Shown here one piece after another: positions 49,291-59,930 of a stretch of 64,000 nt of DNA. Made by a program: the position numbers and the translations under genes. Position 1 is the stretch's first letter; every line of letters begins with the position of its first letter. Below the pieces are notes generated by a model that ran no database searches, was not told the DNA's origin, and saw only the letters and a program-made list of their open reading frames with translations. The DNA is from Macrostomum hystrix (Eukaryota; Animalia; Platyhelminthes): positions 2,728,001 through 2,792,000 of the forward strand of contig CATNEN010000032.1 in the NCBI GenBank assembly GCA_950097015.1, in the 5' to 3' direction.

Positions 49291-52277
49291 CAGCTTTCAG
49301 ATGCACAGCGCAATGATTATAGTAGGTTACTATAGTAGAGAAGTCTACAAAAGATACTAAAACTCGTAGCTTTCCTACTAGAAAAGCGTTTTATCAATAG
49401 CAGCTTTCTCAGAAGACCAAGCATTTCTGAACTCGGAATGTCTTTCGTCTCATTTACAGCTATACTAGACAGTTATGACTCAAACACAGCGGAGCCATAG
49501 CAGCATACCGCAGCAGAAAGGCACAAGGGCAACAATAGCTAAAGCATGCGTTTTCGTCGTTCACACTTTAAGGAGCCGAGATAGGAGCTAAGATCAAGCT
49601 TATCTTACGAATGCAAAATACGACCCAAAATATGACGTTAGACACAGCGTGGGCATTGAATGTACCTTTAACCTTTAACCTGTTTGAAAATGTAAATTAA
49701 GCATCCACTGCCTATCAAAATCTGCAGTTAAATCTGATGAAGTCACCATGAGCCGCAGCGTGTGCAAAAGTATCATCCTGCATGATCCAGCAAGAGATCA
49801 GAGTCCGAATTCGTAACAGTAATTGCAGCCAAGCATAATCGACCTGCTTGATCGGAAATAAGATTTTCTCTGTGTGGTCCAATATCTTCTCTCACCAACA
49901 TTCAAGTCACCACTTGGCAGTGAGGAGTGATCGTCATTTTTCTGTGCTGAATTTGGCATGTGACTATAAGTGTAACTATATGAATCATAAAAAGGCTATA
50001 TGTAGTGCACACAAATCTTGAAAACGGAACTGCTCATCGCGTTTCCCAGCTTAAATTACTGTTTGAAACCAACCTAAGTATATATTAATAGCTAGGCCTG
50101 TGCTACTTTTTGATAAGACTATTTAGCTCCCACCCAACTATAAATAAAAGTGATAGCGATCATTAACTTGCTCAAATTGCTCATTGACAACAGCAAATAC
50201 AAAAAAGAATTTAACATTTGTAATTTGGCCTTGGCTTTTTATATTGTTCGCAGATCACGTTATTTTAGTAGTACTGATGACAAGTCAACAATTAAGCGAG
50301 AGTAAAGCAGTAAGTAAGGCGAGAGGATCAATTATCTCTATTCAAAAGTGCACTGTTATTATTAAAAAAAGAAAAAACTTACAGATTTAATATTTAGCCG
50401 TTCTTAAATTAGTTTTCCAATATGATTATGATGCACTAAAATTCTTTACTTAAAGTTTATTCGCCGATGAGCGATAAAAAACAATTCCATACATTTTATA
50501 TTTTCGTAATAAATGCTGCGATAATGAAAAATATAGAATTAAGTCGCCATAATAGACCGTAAGTTATAAAAAATATTTCTCTCATGAAGATACTTAACTA
50601 AAGATACTTAGCATCTCACAGCGAATCGAAGTTTTTTGTTTTTCTGCTCTCAGAGTTAACGCGTTTAAAAACGTAATTGAGCTTTGTTTTCTACATATGC
50701 TCACTATAGCTACCACTACTACAGTTCTAAAATACATAGTTTCGTGACTACGCGTCAAAATATTTTATGCTTGGATTGATGATACTGAATATTAAAAAAA
50801 ATATCAAGTATAGAGCTAACTTTGTGCAATGCTTCTTTAGACACAAACAGTTGTTTTAAAATATAACAACATTTCTGCGCATCCAATTTTTATCGTCCTG
50901 TTTTGCTATGGATCGCAAAATATGTGCGATTAACTAAGATGCGAGTATTAACACCAGATTTTCTTGCTACTCTTGTTATCGATTATCAGTACCCTTTAAG
51001 AACAAAAAATTAAGTAAGAATTAAAGCATATGATAAACTATGTGCAAATCAACTCTGATACTTTTTTGAAGTAATCAGAATTGTAATAATTTTAAAACCG
51101 AAATAAATTTACTTATTTTATGTTTTAATTTTATGTATCTACCAAATACAGTTTTTTGGGTTAAGTGATAAAACTAACCGTACTTATTTACATGTCGAGG
51201 ACACTTTTAGACTTCTTAAACGCTTCTTAAACTCTCTTTAAACGCTTCGCGCCAAGTGAGCACACAAATACCAATACAAGTGGCTTTGCTATTCATTTTG
51301 TACAATCGGGCATCATCACTGAGCTCAAGATATATTGTACGCGTGATACTAACTCACAGACCGCAATGCCTCGTGTAACTTATGCGAAAGTAATAATAAA
51401 GTAATTTAGCATTTATTTAGCAGACGACAGCGGCGCAGATTTTACGCTCATAAACCCGATCATTTGTCTGCCCGAATTCAAGCTCTGATTGCCAGCGAAA
51501 TCGGACCAATTATATATCATGATGGTGCGCATGCGGTGATTGGCGTGTAAAATCACTATCGTATATCGTGCAGGCGCCTATGTTTGTTGGGCCACTTGTA
51601 TCCTAGCAATTTTCCTCGAAGTCAAACTAAGATTATAGCTGAGACATGGCCAGCTGCACCGATTTTAAGATCCAAGATGGATCGATTGTTTTGTTAGACA
51701 GAGTATATAGAGACTCTTTACCATATAGATGTATTTTCCGATAATAATGGATCACGCACAGCTTGATAGAAATATTTATAATACTGTAGGGAACTTCTAG
51801 TGTACATGTACTTTTCTAGTAGTGTTCTCGCATTCTGGCATCTATTGTGTGTATTCTGTTTTCAACATTTCTATCTCACCCCGCCTTCACTAGTGTTCTC
51901 TCACGCCCAGATCTCGTGATTGGCCGACTCTTTACTCGTTGTCACCCACCCCCCGCTGCCACCCTTACCCTGCGCGTAGTTCATGCAAGCCTTTATAAGC
52001 TGCCGTATCGCTAAGTAGGTTGTCTTGTTGACACGCTTAGTGTTATTGTTATTGCGGTGAAATATGAGCTACGTCTGGATTATTAATATACCGAATATGA
52101 GTCTGAGAAGTTTGAGAAGCCAGAGCTAACGATTAAAAGTTAGTGTACTTCGTGTCGGTCCATAGTAACTTTAATTTCCAAACTGGGATATTTATGCGAT
52201 GTGAGTCTCTACCGACAAACAATTGTGTCCACAATTACAAGGCGCAATCTTTTGCGGAAGTAAGTAGTATGGGTTAA

Positions 52278-52528
52278 CAGAACTCTGCCGCAAGGAATTC
52301 CGCGGAAATTCCGTGGGGCCCTAGTTTGCGAACATAGCGCCTATGTTTCACATAGCAGAACTCTGCCGCAAGGAAATCCGCGGAAATTCCATGGGACCCA
52401 GTGCATGTACATAGGCCCATGTTTTACATAGCAAAACTCTGCCGCAAGGAAGTCCTCGGAAATTCCGTGGGGTCCTATAGTGTGTGAACAAACGCCATGT
52501 GTTTGCATAGTGGACTCTGTCGCAGGTA
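52278..52528. repeat. ~78-bp subterminal tandem repeat (~3.3 copies) with an internal palindrome
   Basis: Units start near 52278, 52356, 52432 and 52511; each full unit contains GGAA(T/A)TCCGCGGAAATTCC or a close variant. Confidence 0.85.
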
Positions 52529-52837
52529 AATCTGTCTGAGAGGGAGAGAGGCAGTCAGTGCAGTCTGATAAACCGATTGTTTATTCAGTTCCACTCCTCC
52601 AATGGGAATTTCACTTTTGCTCTGGTCTGTGTTATTTTTTCATATGAAGACAACAACAAAACAACTGTTGGTCTGGGGAAAACAGTGAAACCACCGTCTG
52701 TTTGCAGTGGGTATGGCCAACACTGTAGAAATAGGACAGTGGATGCGTAGCATGGATACATAAACTCTGCCTAATGTTATTATATGTTTTCTTAGTATTA
52801 TATATGCGCCCACAGTCTCACCCACCCCATTACATTA

Positions 52838-52870
52838 ACCCACCCCACTCCGCTGGTATATAAGGGTGGG
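52838..52870 (+). promoter_or_regulatory. Candidate TATA-box promoter of the PC4-like gene
   Basis: TATATAAG at ~52856, flanked by CCCACCCC upstream (twice) and GGTGGGG downstream, ~85 nt before the ATG at 52944. Confidence 0.45.
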
Positions 52871-52943
52871 GATTTTTTTATTGTTAAGAGAGGATTTCTT
52901 TAAAACTAATAGCCATTTCGTCACGTAAGTTTGACCTGCTACC

Positions 52944-53702
52944 ATGGATCTTAGCGACGGCTTCAAAGTTCAAGTGCAGGAGTATGAAGGCAATAGATTC
53001 ATCGCTATCCGACGCTTCTACTCTTCTGACGGGGAGCTGAAGCCTGGAATCCCTGGATTCAACTTGAACGTACACCAATGGGAGAAGCTGAAGCAGCTAA
53101 GGCGCCAACTCGTGCAGGCTGCAGTCAACCGACGAAACGTCACTGCCAAGCTGGGCTCCGACAAGCTCGTAGAAGTCAAGCGAGGAGTCATCTGGCTCAA
53201 GCGACTGCCGGAGGACTGCACGGAGGATTTCCTGAGACGGAATTCGATCGAGATGACTCCCCGTCTGTGGCGAGCGCTGTGGTGCCATGTCGACCGGATC
53301 AGTAGTGAGCTGAGAGGAAAGTCACCGGAGTGCGAGTACGAGCTGGACCCTCAGGACATCAAGACCGAGCCGGACATCGAGAATCGGGCGGGCCAACACT
53401 CTAGTGAGGATGCGGACGACGAGAAGACGCTGCTGATTTCCGAGTCAGACAACGCAACCTCCGAACCGCTTCCAGCTGCAGCCCAACTTTCGACGCCCAA
53501 AGCATTCGGCTGCATCCCACAGCAGGACAGCGACCTGTCTCAGGATCCTTACTGGTACCAGGCCCGAGCGGCTGCGGGTCTCAGTGTCAACTGCTTGATC
53601 GGAAGCCGCAAGCGCAAGCAGCCATGGCCTCTGCGTAGGAGCGATGCGATCAAGTTTCCGAAGCTGACGGATGACTCAGATGAAAACAAGGACAACGAGT
53701 GA
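52944..53702 (+). CDS. PC4/Sub1-like ssDNA-binding protein (probably two tandem PC4 repeats plus an acidic tail)
   Basis: VQVQEYEGNRFIAIRRFYSSDGELKPGIPGFNLNVHQWEKLK matches the PC4 signature; a second degenerate repeat ends SIEMTPRLWRAL..VDRI. Confidence 0.8.
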   Translation: MDLSDGFKVQVQEYEGNRFIAIRRFYSSDGELKPGIPGFNLNVHQWEKLKQLRRQLVQAAVNRRNVTAKLGSDKLVEVKRGVIWLKRLPEDCTEDFLRRNSIEMTPRLWRALWCHVDRISSELRGKSPECEYELDPQDIKTEPDIENRAGQHSSEDADDEKTLLISESDNATSEPLPAAAQLSTPKAFGCIPQQDSDLSQDPYWYQARAAAGLSVNCLIGSRKRKQPWPLRRSDAIKFPKLTDDSDENKDNE

Positions 53703-53986
53703 ATTTCCAAGTGACAGTACATGCGTCAAATAATTTCTAACTTCTTTCATTTGGTCAAATGCGCACTAAGCTTATTATCTATCCAGCCATATTTCAGCAA
53801 TATAGGCTACAGTGTAATTTTGCTCTGTGCTTTTCGCAATAGCTAATTTAACTGTCTTTTTTGGCTTTATTTCTCGGTATATGTATCAAGACATTTTATA
53901 AACTACATTGTGGCAATGCAACTTAAGAAAGTTGCTAAAGACAATAAATAATATTGATTCTGACATCCTCTTCATGTTGGAAAATG

Positions 53987-55051
53987 GAAAAGCTTTACTA
54001 CAATCCCGCTCAGCCGGCCAGTTTCTCAGGTGCATCAAAGTTGCAGCAGCAACTAGGGAAAAATAATGAGGGGAAATCTAGAAAATACATTGAGCTGTGG
54101 TTAACTGAACAGCCCGTGCACACACTGCACAGGTCGGCTAGAAGGCGCTATCCCAGAGCACCAATCATAGTGAGAGCGATAGATGACCAGTGGGAACTTG
54201 ACCTGGTCGAGATGATCCCATTCGCCAAGTACAACAAAGGCTACAAGTACATCCTCACTTGCATTGACGTGTTGTCTAAATCAGCATGGGCCAAGCCGTT
54301 GAAGAACAAATCAGCTGCAGAAGTAAAGTCCGCATTCGAGAGCATTTTGAGATGCTCAAAGCGCCAGCCTCGCACAGTCCGCACAGATCAGGGAAAAGAA
54401 TTCATAAACACTAATTTTAGGCAGTTCTGCATACAGCGGGGAATCCTGGCCTTCAAAACTAACAGTGAGCAGAAAGCTGCAGTAATTGAGCGATGGAACC
54501 GAACTTTGAAGAGTAAGATGTGGAAATATTTCACTCACAAGAGCACACTGCTCTGGATTGATGTGCTGCCTAAGCTGGTGAAATCATACAACAATACTTA
54601 CCACAGAAGTATCAAAATGGCACCGACAAGTGTCTGCAAAGAGAATGAGTCTGAGGTGTGGATGAATCTGTACGACGGAAAGGCAATTGAGACTGTACAG
54701 CGACCCAAGAAGCCAAAGTTCTGTGAGAAACAGTCTGTGAGAATTTCAAATGCACCCAGGCTGTTCCAAAAGGGATACAAGGCCAACTGGAGCGAGGAGG
54801 TATACACTGTAGTGTGCAGGGCACCAAAGCACTACCCGTACATGTACAAGATCCGAGACATGAAGGGTGAGGAGATTCGCGGGCTCTTTCACGAGTATGA
54901 GCTGCAGGCTGTTCCGGAATCACAGCGGCTGTATGTCATTGAGAAGGTTTTGAAGTCAGAAAAGCGCAATGGGAAAATCCGCTATCTTGTCAAGTGGGCT
55001 GGCTACAACTCCACAGGCTGGGTGGATGAAAAGGACTTAAGAAAAGTGTAG
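53987..55051 (+). CDS. Retroviral-type (rve) integrase with C-terminal chromodomain-like module
   Basis: DDE triad WELDLVEM / RTDQGKEF / IERWNRTLK; GYKANWSEE; YVIEKVL...RYLVKWAGY. Start codon approximate. Confidence 0.95.
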   Translation, partial: EKLYYNPAQPASFSGASKLQQQLGKNNEGKSRKYIELWLTEQPVHTLHRSARRRYPRAPIIVRAIDDQWELDLVEMIPFAKYNKGYKYILTCIDVLSKSAWAKPLKNKSAAEVKSAFESILRCSKRQPRTVRTDQGKEFINTNFRQFCIQRGILAFKTNSEQKAAVIERWNRTLKSKMWKYFTHKSTLLWIDVLPKLVKSYNNTYHRSIKMAPTSVCKENESEVWMNLYDGKAIETVQRPKKPKFCEKQSVRISNAPRLFQKGYKANWSEEVYTVVCRAPKHYPYMYKIRDMKGEEIRGLFHEYELQAVPESQRLYVIEKVLKSEKRNGKIRYLVKWAGYNSTGWVDEKDLRKV

Positions 55052-55086
55052 ATAAGCTACAGATAAAAAAAAAATAATCAGATATA

Positions 55087-55899
55087 ATGAGAAACATTGT
55101 CATCAACAGCAACCATGGTGAAGGTATTTCTAGTGATTTTTATTTTTACCTTGCTTCACCTCTTTACCTGGATCGAAATGTGGACTATGAGGCAGCTCTT
55201 GTGGAAATCCATCTACCTGCTGCATGGTTCAATCTTGACGAACCTTACTGCATCTCTGTCTCAGATGGAAGAGAGCATGAGACCCTGGTTCTTCAACCTG
55301 GATGCTTTGGCAGAGTGGAGGAGCTGGTGGAGTCTTTGAATGAGCTGCTAGCCAACTCACGGCTGCAGTTCTTTGATGCTAGAAGTGATGGAGATGCTGC
55401 AATGGAGGCTGATCAGTCAGGTCTGATGGGACATTCTGCACCTGCTGCGGACAATGGAATAAGGTGTACAATTGATGGCTCAAGGACAGTGGTGCAGAAT
55501 AACACAGCTCAGGTGGAGCTGTATCTCCCGCCTCACCGGATTCTGCAGTGGCTTGGATTCGGAAGCCAAGGATTAAAAGTCCCACCTGGGCGTCTCGTAT
55601 CTGAGCAGTTCATCGGCTGCCCGCGCACCAACCTAATCAATGTGCACTGCAGCATCATTGAGTCGAACAACTGCAACCACAGCTCCCTGCTGAGAACTGT
55701 TAGAATGAGAGATGACATTCAATGGGGTGGCTATGTGAGCAAAGTGTTTAAGAAAACGATATTCTTCACCATTCCTAGAGTCATCTATCTACATGGTATT
55801 CGAGTGCAGTTGCGAGATATTTTTGGAAGCCTACTGATCGCGCAGTCCAGCAGTCCAGTTTTGCTAACAATTCAGATCCGTGAAAAAAGAATTTTATGA
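55087..55899 (+). CDS. Minor capsid (penton) protein
   Basis: Polinton minor-capsid-like N-terminus DFYFYLASPLYL..DYEAALVEIHLPAAWFNL; C-terminal VHCSII...LLRTV; located upstream of the major capsid gene. Confidence 0.75.
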   Translation: MRNIVINSNHGEGISSDFYFYLASPLYLDRNVDYEAALVEIHLPAAWFNLDEPYCISVSDGREHETLVLQPGCFGRVEELVESLNELLANSRLQFFDARSDGDAAMEADQSGLMGHSAPAADNGIRCTIDGSRTVVQNNTAQVELYLPPHRILQWLGFGSQGLKVPPGRLVSEQFIGCPRTNLINVHCSIIESNNCNHSSLLRTVRMRDDIQWGGYVSKVFKKTIFFTIPRVIYLHGIRVQLRDIFGSLLIAQSSSPVLLTIQIREKRIL

Positions 55900-56264
55900 A
55901 TTACCAGCAGCTGATTCGGCATTACTCGGGAGTTCAAACCCTTGGGGAGAAACCGGTACTCTATGGCTGCGGCAGCGCTCCAGGGCTCATGACGTACCAA
56001 CCTCCACCGGTTGCTACAACTGCAGGTGCAGCGCGGCTAATAGACAAAAGGGAAAGTAAAAAGCCATCTGTGCGATCGAAAAGAAAACGAAAACATTCTG
56101 CTAAGGGTGACACAGGAAAGAAGAGTTCAAGAAAAAATCAGACGAGGGCCGGAAACAAAAAGCTTAAGAAGAAGAGAAAAACTAGGAAACAGAAAAAGGT
56201 AGGACAAGGAAAGCAAAAAATCTACAGAAAAACTGTGAAACGCGTACTGGATTCTCTGTCCTAA
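55896..56264 (+). CDS. Basic, Lys/Arg-rich putative DNA-condensing core protein precursor
   Basis: The C-terminal half is highly basic; LYGCG fits the adenain (M/I/L)xGx-G consensus; overlaps the upstream stop (ATGA). Confidence 0.65.
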   Translation: MNYQQLIRHYSGVQTLGEKPVLYGCGSAPGLMTYQPPPVATTAGAARLIDKRESKKPSVRSKRKRKHSAKGDTGKKSSRKNQTRAGNKKLKKKRKTRKQKKVGQGKQKIYRKTVKRVLDSLS

Positions 56265-56268
56265 CAAT

Positions 56269-57549
56269 ATGGCTTACGGGTTCAACCCTAGACTCGATCT
56301 GTTCAAGGCGCCTGTGCTTCAGACCTGTATTGAGAAATCTGCTTATGTTGACATTCATCCTGTAAACTCTATTGTTGCAAACTCACCAATTGAATTTGAC
56401 TGCCATCAATCAGCTGATGAGTACACTGACCTGCTGAATTCGTTTCTCTATATTCGTTGTCGCGTTGTGAGATTGGGTGGTGCCCTGATCAGGGAGGATA
56501 TTGTGACTGATGGTGCTGTTACCGAGCGCAGAGACAGCCAAGTGCACCCGGAGAATTTTGTTCTAGCTACGGCCTTCTCGGATGTAATTGTCAGCATCAA
56601 CCAGCGCATTGTCTCTGGAGGAGACCAGCTGTATCCCTACCATGCCTACTTCAAAGCTCTCATGAGCTCCTCCGATGCCCAGCAGCTTAAGTTTTACCCT
56701 GCTGGATTCCTGGAACCCGACTCTGCCGATGAGAGCCACACCGAGAGGCATATGATCTCCAACTGGGTGGAATATGCGGGACCCCTCCTCAGCGACATCT
56801 TCCAGTGCCCCGTGTTCCTGCTCAACAACTTGCACCTGCACATCAAACTAGTGCCCAGCGATGGAGCCTTTGCCATTAGAGCTCCTGCCCTCAACACCAC
56901 AGCTTACCGAATGGAAATTTCCCACTGCATCCTGTACCTTCGCCGTGTCAAGGTGGTGCCCCACATCAGCCTGGCTCATGAGCAGGGACTAACGAATCAA
57001 AATGCTCTCTACCCGATCGAGCGAACTGAAATGCAGAACTTTATCCTGCCCCATGGAATTCAGTCAAAGAACATCGAGGGATTCACGCACGGAAAGCTCC
57101 CGAAGTTCATCATGCTGGCATTTGTGAGCCACCGAGCCTTCAACGGTCATCACCACTCCAGCCCGTTCCAGTTCCAAAGCTTCGAGCTGAGCCAGCTAGC
57201 TCTCAAGAAAGGGGGTGAATCAATGTGCCATGGGGCATTCACACCCGAGAACAATTCGTTTGTGAGGGAGTACCTGCACTATTTGAAAAGCTGCCAATCT
57301 GCAAGCTCCAGTGGTTCAGTTCCGTGGATTCCCTACCAACTGTTCTCGAACGAGAACACAGTGTTCGCATTTGATCTCACACCTGAGGGAGCAGCTCTGT
57401 GGTACGGCCAGAAGGAGGGAAACCTGCGGCTGGAGATTCGCTTTCGACGGGCACTGGATGAAGCCGTGTCGCTGATTGTCATGTGCGTCTATGACTCACT
57501 GATTGAAGTAACCAAGCACAGGGAGCTCTTGCTGGACTATTCATCTTGA
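56269..57549 (+). CDS. Major capsid protein (double jelly-roll, Polinton PY type)
   Basis: DLFKAPVLQTCIEKSAYVDIHP..PIEF..EYTDL; PKFIMLAFV...AFNG; FAFDL; GNLRLEIRF. Confidence 0.9.
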   Translation: MAYGFNPRLDLFKAPVLQTCIEKSAYVDIHPVNSIVANSPIEFDCHQSADEYTDLLNSFLYIRCRVVRLGGALIREDIVTDGAVTERRDSQVHPENFVLATAFSDVIVSINQRIVSGGDQLYPYHAYFKALMSSSDAQQLKFYPAGFLEPDSADESHTERHMISNWVEYAGPLLSDIFQCPVFLLNNLHLHIKLVPSDGAFAIRAPALNTTAYRMEISHCILYLRRVKVVPHISLAHEQGLTNQNALYPIERTEMQNFILPHGIQSKNIEGFTHGKLPKFIMLAFVSHRAFNGHHHSSPFQFQSFELSQLALKKGGESMCHGAFTPENNSFVREYLHYLKSCQSASSSGSVPWIPYQLFSNENTVFAFDLTPEGAALWYGQKEGNLRLEIRFRRALDEAVSLIVMCVYDSLIEVTKHRELLLDYSS

Positions 57550-57561
57550 GAGTACTGAAGG

Positions 57562-58077
57562 ATGGACTCAACTCAACTGTACTCTCTAACAAGGAGCTTT
57601 TTACCCAGCTCCAAAATCGTTATACTCACTCTCTGCTTAAAGCAGAGAGCTGTCACTGTAAATGCGGGCCAGAATTTGATGAAAAAATGCTTCAACCGAA
57701 ATAAAATAATTTTCATTCTGCTAAAACACAGCGTCAGTTTTGGACACTGGGTTGTATGCCACTTTGCTGATGGAAATACAGTGGAGTTATTCAATTCTCT
57801 TGGTTGGGATGAAGAAGCTTTAGCTGTAATTCATGAATACTTGAAGGATATAGGTGGGATGGTTCAATTTCAACTGGTTTGCAACGTCAATAAAATCCAA
57901 AGCGCTCAGTCGGACAAGTGCGGCCTGTTTTGTGTCTACTTTGCCCACCAGAGGCTAGCTTTGAAGCGGTCCTTCCTGGGTATTCTCACGAGTCTGCATG
58001 CAAAGAAGAAATGTCACCTGAATGATAAAGTACTCAGGCAATTTGAAGTTTGCTTAAGAAAAACCCAGAAACCTTGA
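57562..58077 (+). CDS. Adenain/Ulp1-like cysteine protease
   Basis: GHW, FNSLG and Q-SAQSDKCGLFC give the catalytic His/Asn/Gln/Cys order. Confidence 0.9.
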   Translation: MDSTQLYSLTRSFLPSSKIVILTLCLKQRAVTVNAGQNLMKKCFNRNKIIFILLKHSVSFGHWVVCHFADGNTVELFNSLGWDEEALAVIHEYLKDIGGMVQFQLVCNVNKIQSAQSDKCGLFCVYFAHQRLALKRSFLGILTSLHAKKKCHLNDKVLRQFEVCLRKTQKP

Positions 58078-58103
58078 GTATATTCTGAAAGTCTATTGAA
58101 GAG

Positions 58104-58751
58104 ATGGAATCTCAGAAAGCATGCTACGATGTTCGCCTGCGTCAGGGCAGCTGCATGATTGTCAGCGGTCCCACAAATGCGGGAAAGACAACCTTTGTGA
58201 AGCATCTAATTCAGTATAGGGAAGTCCTATTCGACATTCAACCTGGCAGAGTGCTCTGGTACTATGGGATTCCACAGCCGGCGCATGCTGAGCTAAGCCG
58301 CCTGGGGGTCCACTTGCAGCAGGGATTCCCCTCCAACTTTGAAACAGCACTCAGATCCAATGACCTGGTTGTGTTTGACGACTTGATTGACGAAAGCTCA
58401 AGTTCTGCTTCAATGCGAAATATCTTTACTGGAATAGCCCATCATCTGCCCTGCTTTCTGGTGATGCTGACTCAGAACATGTTTTTCAAGGGAAAGGAGT
58501 TGCGGACGATGAGTTTGAATGCCATGTACTTCGTAATCATGAAGAACCCCAGAGATCAGCTGCAGATTTCCGCATTGGGCAGGCAGTGCTTTCCCGAGAA
58601 GCCGAGTTTTCTGCTTGCGGTGTTCAAGCATGTCACATCCCAGGGTAGGGGGGCATATCTGTTTCTGGATTTCCACCCGTCCACCCCCGATGAGCTGCGA
58701 GTCCGAGCGCGAGTTCTGCCCAATCAGCGCCCCCATCTGGTCTATGCTTAA
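58104..58751 (+). CDS. A32/FtsK-like genome-packaging ATPase
   Basis: Walker A GPTNAGKT; Walker B VVFDDL; LTQNMF; RTMSLNAMY. Confidence 0.93.
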   Translation: MESQKACYDVRLRQGSCMIVSGPTNAGKTTFVKHLIQYREVLFDIQPGRVLWYYGIPQPAHAELSRLGVHLQQGFPSNFETALRSNDLVVFDDLIDESSSSASMRNIFTGIAHHLPCFLVMLTQNMFFKGKELRTMSLNAMYFVIMKNPRDQLQISALGRQCFPEKPSFLLAVFKHVTSQGRGAYLFLDFHPSTPDELRVRARVLPNQRPHLVYA

Positions 58752-58800
58752 GAATGGATCACTTGTGATCATCCTGGTCATTCAAACAAAGAAAATTAAT

Positions 58801-59124
58801 ATGGAAGTGTTTGATTGCCATCAAAGTTTGTTTGAAGTTCTAGCCTCATATGCTAAATACACTATTCGCCTCAAGCGCATGTTAATAAAAGAAAGCCCAA
58901 AAGAAGTTGGAATTTTCCTTGCTGAAGCCTGCCACAACCTGCTACAAGACAATTTACCCTTCTCACCTCAAGAGAAGGCTGTACTTAAAAAATCAAAGGA
59001 AATTATCCGCAGAATCCCTGCAAAGAAAAGAAAAGCTGATTTGCTGACTACTGCTTTCATTAAGATTCTTCCAGTTCTGCTGAAACTTGTGAAGAAGAGG
59101 AGGGCAAATGCACAAATTCAATGA
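58801..59124 (+). CDS. Small conserved Polinton virion protein (basic, amphipathic C-terminus)
   Basis: EACHNLLQDNLPFSPQEKAVLKKSKEIIRRI resembles the recurrent Polinton E..xNxLxGNxPL small ORF; ATG at 58801. Confidence 0.55.
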   Translation: MEVFDCHQSLFEVLASYAKYTIRLKRMLIKESPKEVGIFLAEACHNLLQDNLPFSPQEKAVLKKSKEIIRRIPAKKRKADLLTTAFIKILPVLLKLVKKRRANAQIQ

Positions 59125-59833
59125 AATGGTTTTAATTGCGAAATCAGAGTATGAAATGCTGACACAGAGTGTAAAGCCCACTGAGTCTGTAACTGATGCG
59201 ACCATGAAACAGGCGCAGATGAAGTGTGATGAAATTCTGTTCGCTGAAGATTGTCCTGACGATGTGAAGACTGCCATGTACCAGAGTGCAATGAAAAGCC
59301 TGCTGGTCAAACGCAAGCAGCTAGGAAACGAAGTGAGAGGTAGTGAGGCAAAAGTTTTGAAAGTGGAGATGACAGGTAGAAACTTGGATGAAAAGATCTA
59401 TCAGTCAGTGCCACAGAAGTTCAAGGCAAGAGCTCGCAGTCTATGGGCCATCCTGTCCGGTAATGAGTCTTCAATCCGAGTTTATGACAATGGGGAGGTC
59501 GAGATTTCAGGCCGCTTGATCCCCGCCTCAAACATTGTGGATTTAATTCAGCACACTGTAAGAGACTCACAGAGTGCCAGTGAACCAACTGGCTGGAAAG
59601 AATTCATTGATTTACTAAGACAAAAGGACCTAAATGTCCCTTTGACTGCAGTTGGAAAGTTTGCTCGCAAGCAAATTCTGCAGCACACTGCTGATGGCGC
59701 TGATAGAGTTCGCAATGAACAATCTCCAATCAAGGGATTAGGCAGTGAGTGTGCGTGGCTAAGGCTTAACAAAGGCAGAAGAAACGCTATAATAACTCGA
59801 ATGAAAAATAGAAAAATATTTTCAAAAGTTTGA
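59108..59833 (+). CDS. Conserved uncharacterised Polinton protein
   Basis: ILFAEDCPDDVKTAMY and GEVEISGRLIPASNIVDLI resemble a recurrent Polinton ORF; it lies within the compact gene array. Confidence 0.6.
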   Translation: MHKFNEMVLIAKSEYEMLTQSVKPTESVTDATMKQAQMKCDEILFAEDCPDDVKTAMYQSAMKSLLVKRKQLGNEVRGSEAKVLKVEMTGRNLDEKIYQSVPQKFKARARSLWAILSGNESSIRVYDNGEVEISGRLIPASNIVDLIQHTVRDSQSASEPTGWKEFIDLLRQKDLNVPLTAVGKFARKQILQHTADGADRVRNEQSPIKGLGSECAWLRLNKGRRNAIITRMKNRKIFSKV

Positions 59834-59863
59834 AGCGGTGTCCATACCAAAAGAGCTCGAAGT

Positions 59864-59889
59864 ATGGCATCACCGGTACCACCACCACC

Positions 59890-59930
<41 letters not shown>

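Noticed and set aside
55070-59870. Trans-splice acceptors before each Polinton gene
   Set aside because: AG-ending motifs are present before some ATGs but are inconsistent and no better than chance without RNA data.
59888-59930. CAG tract as a frameshifted TBP polyQ
   Set aside because: It reads as polyAla in an uninterrupted ATG-initiated frame; (CAG)n tracts are common across this window (CTU1, PolB end).
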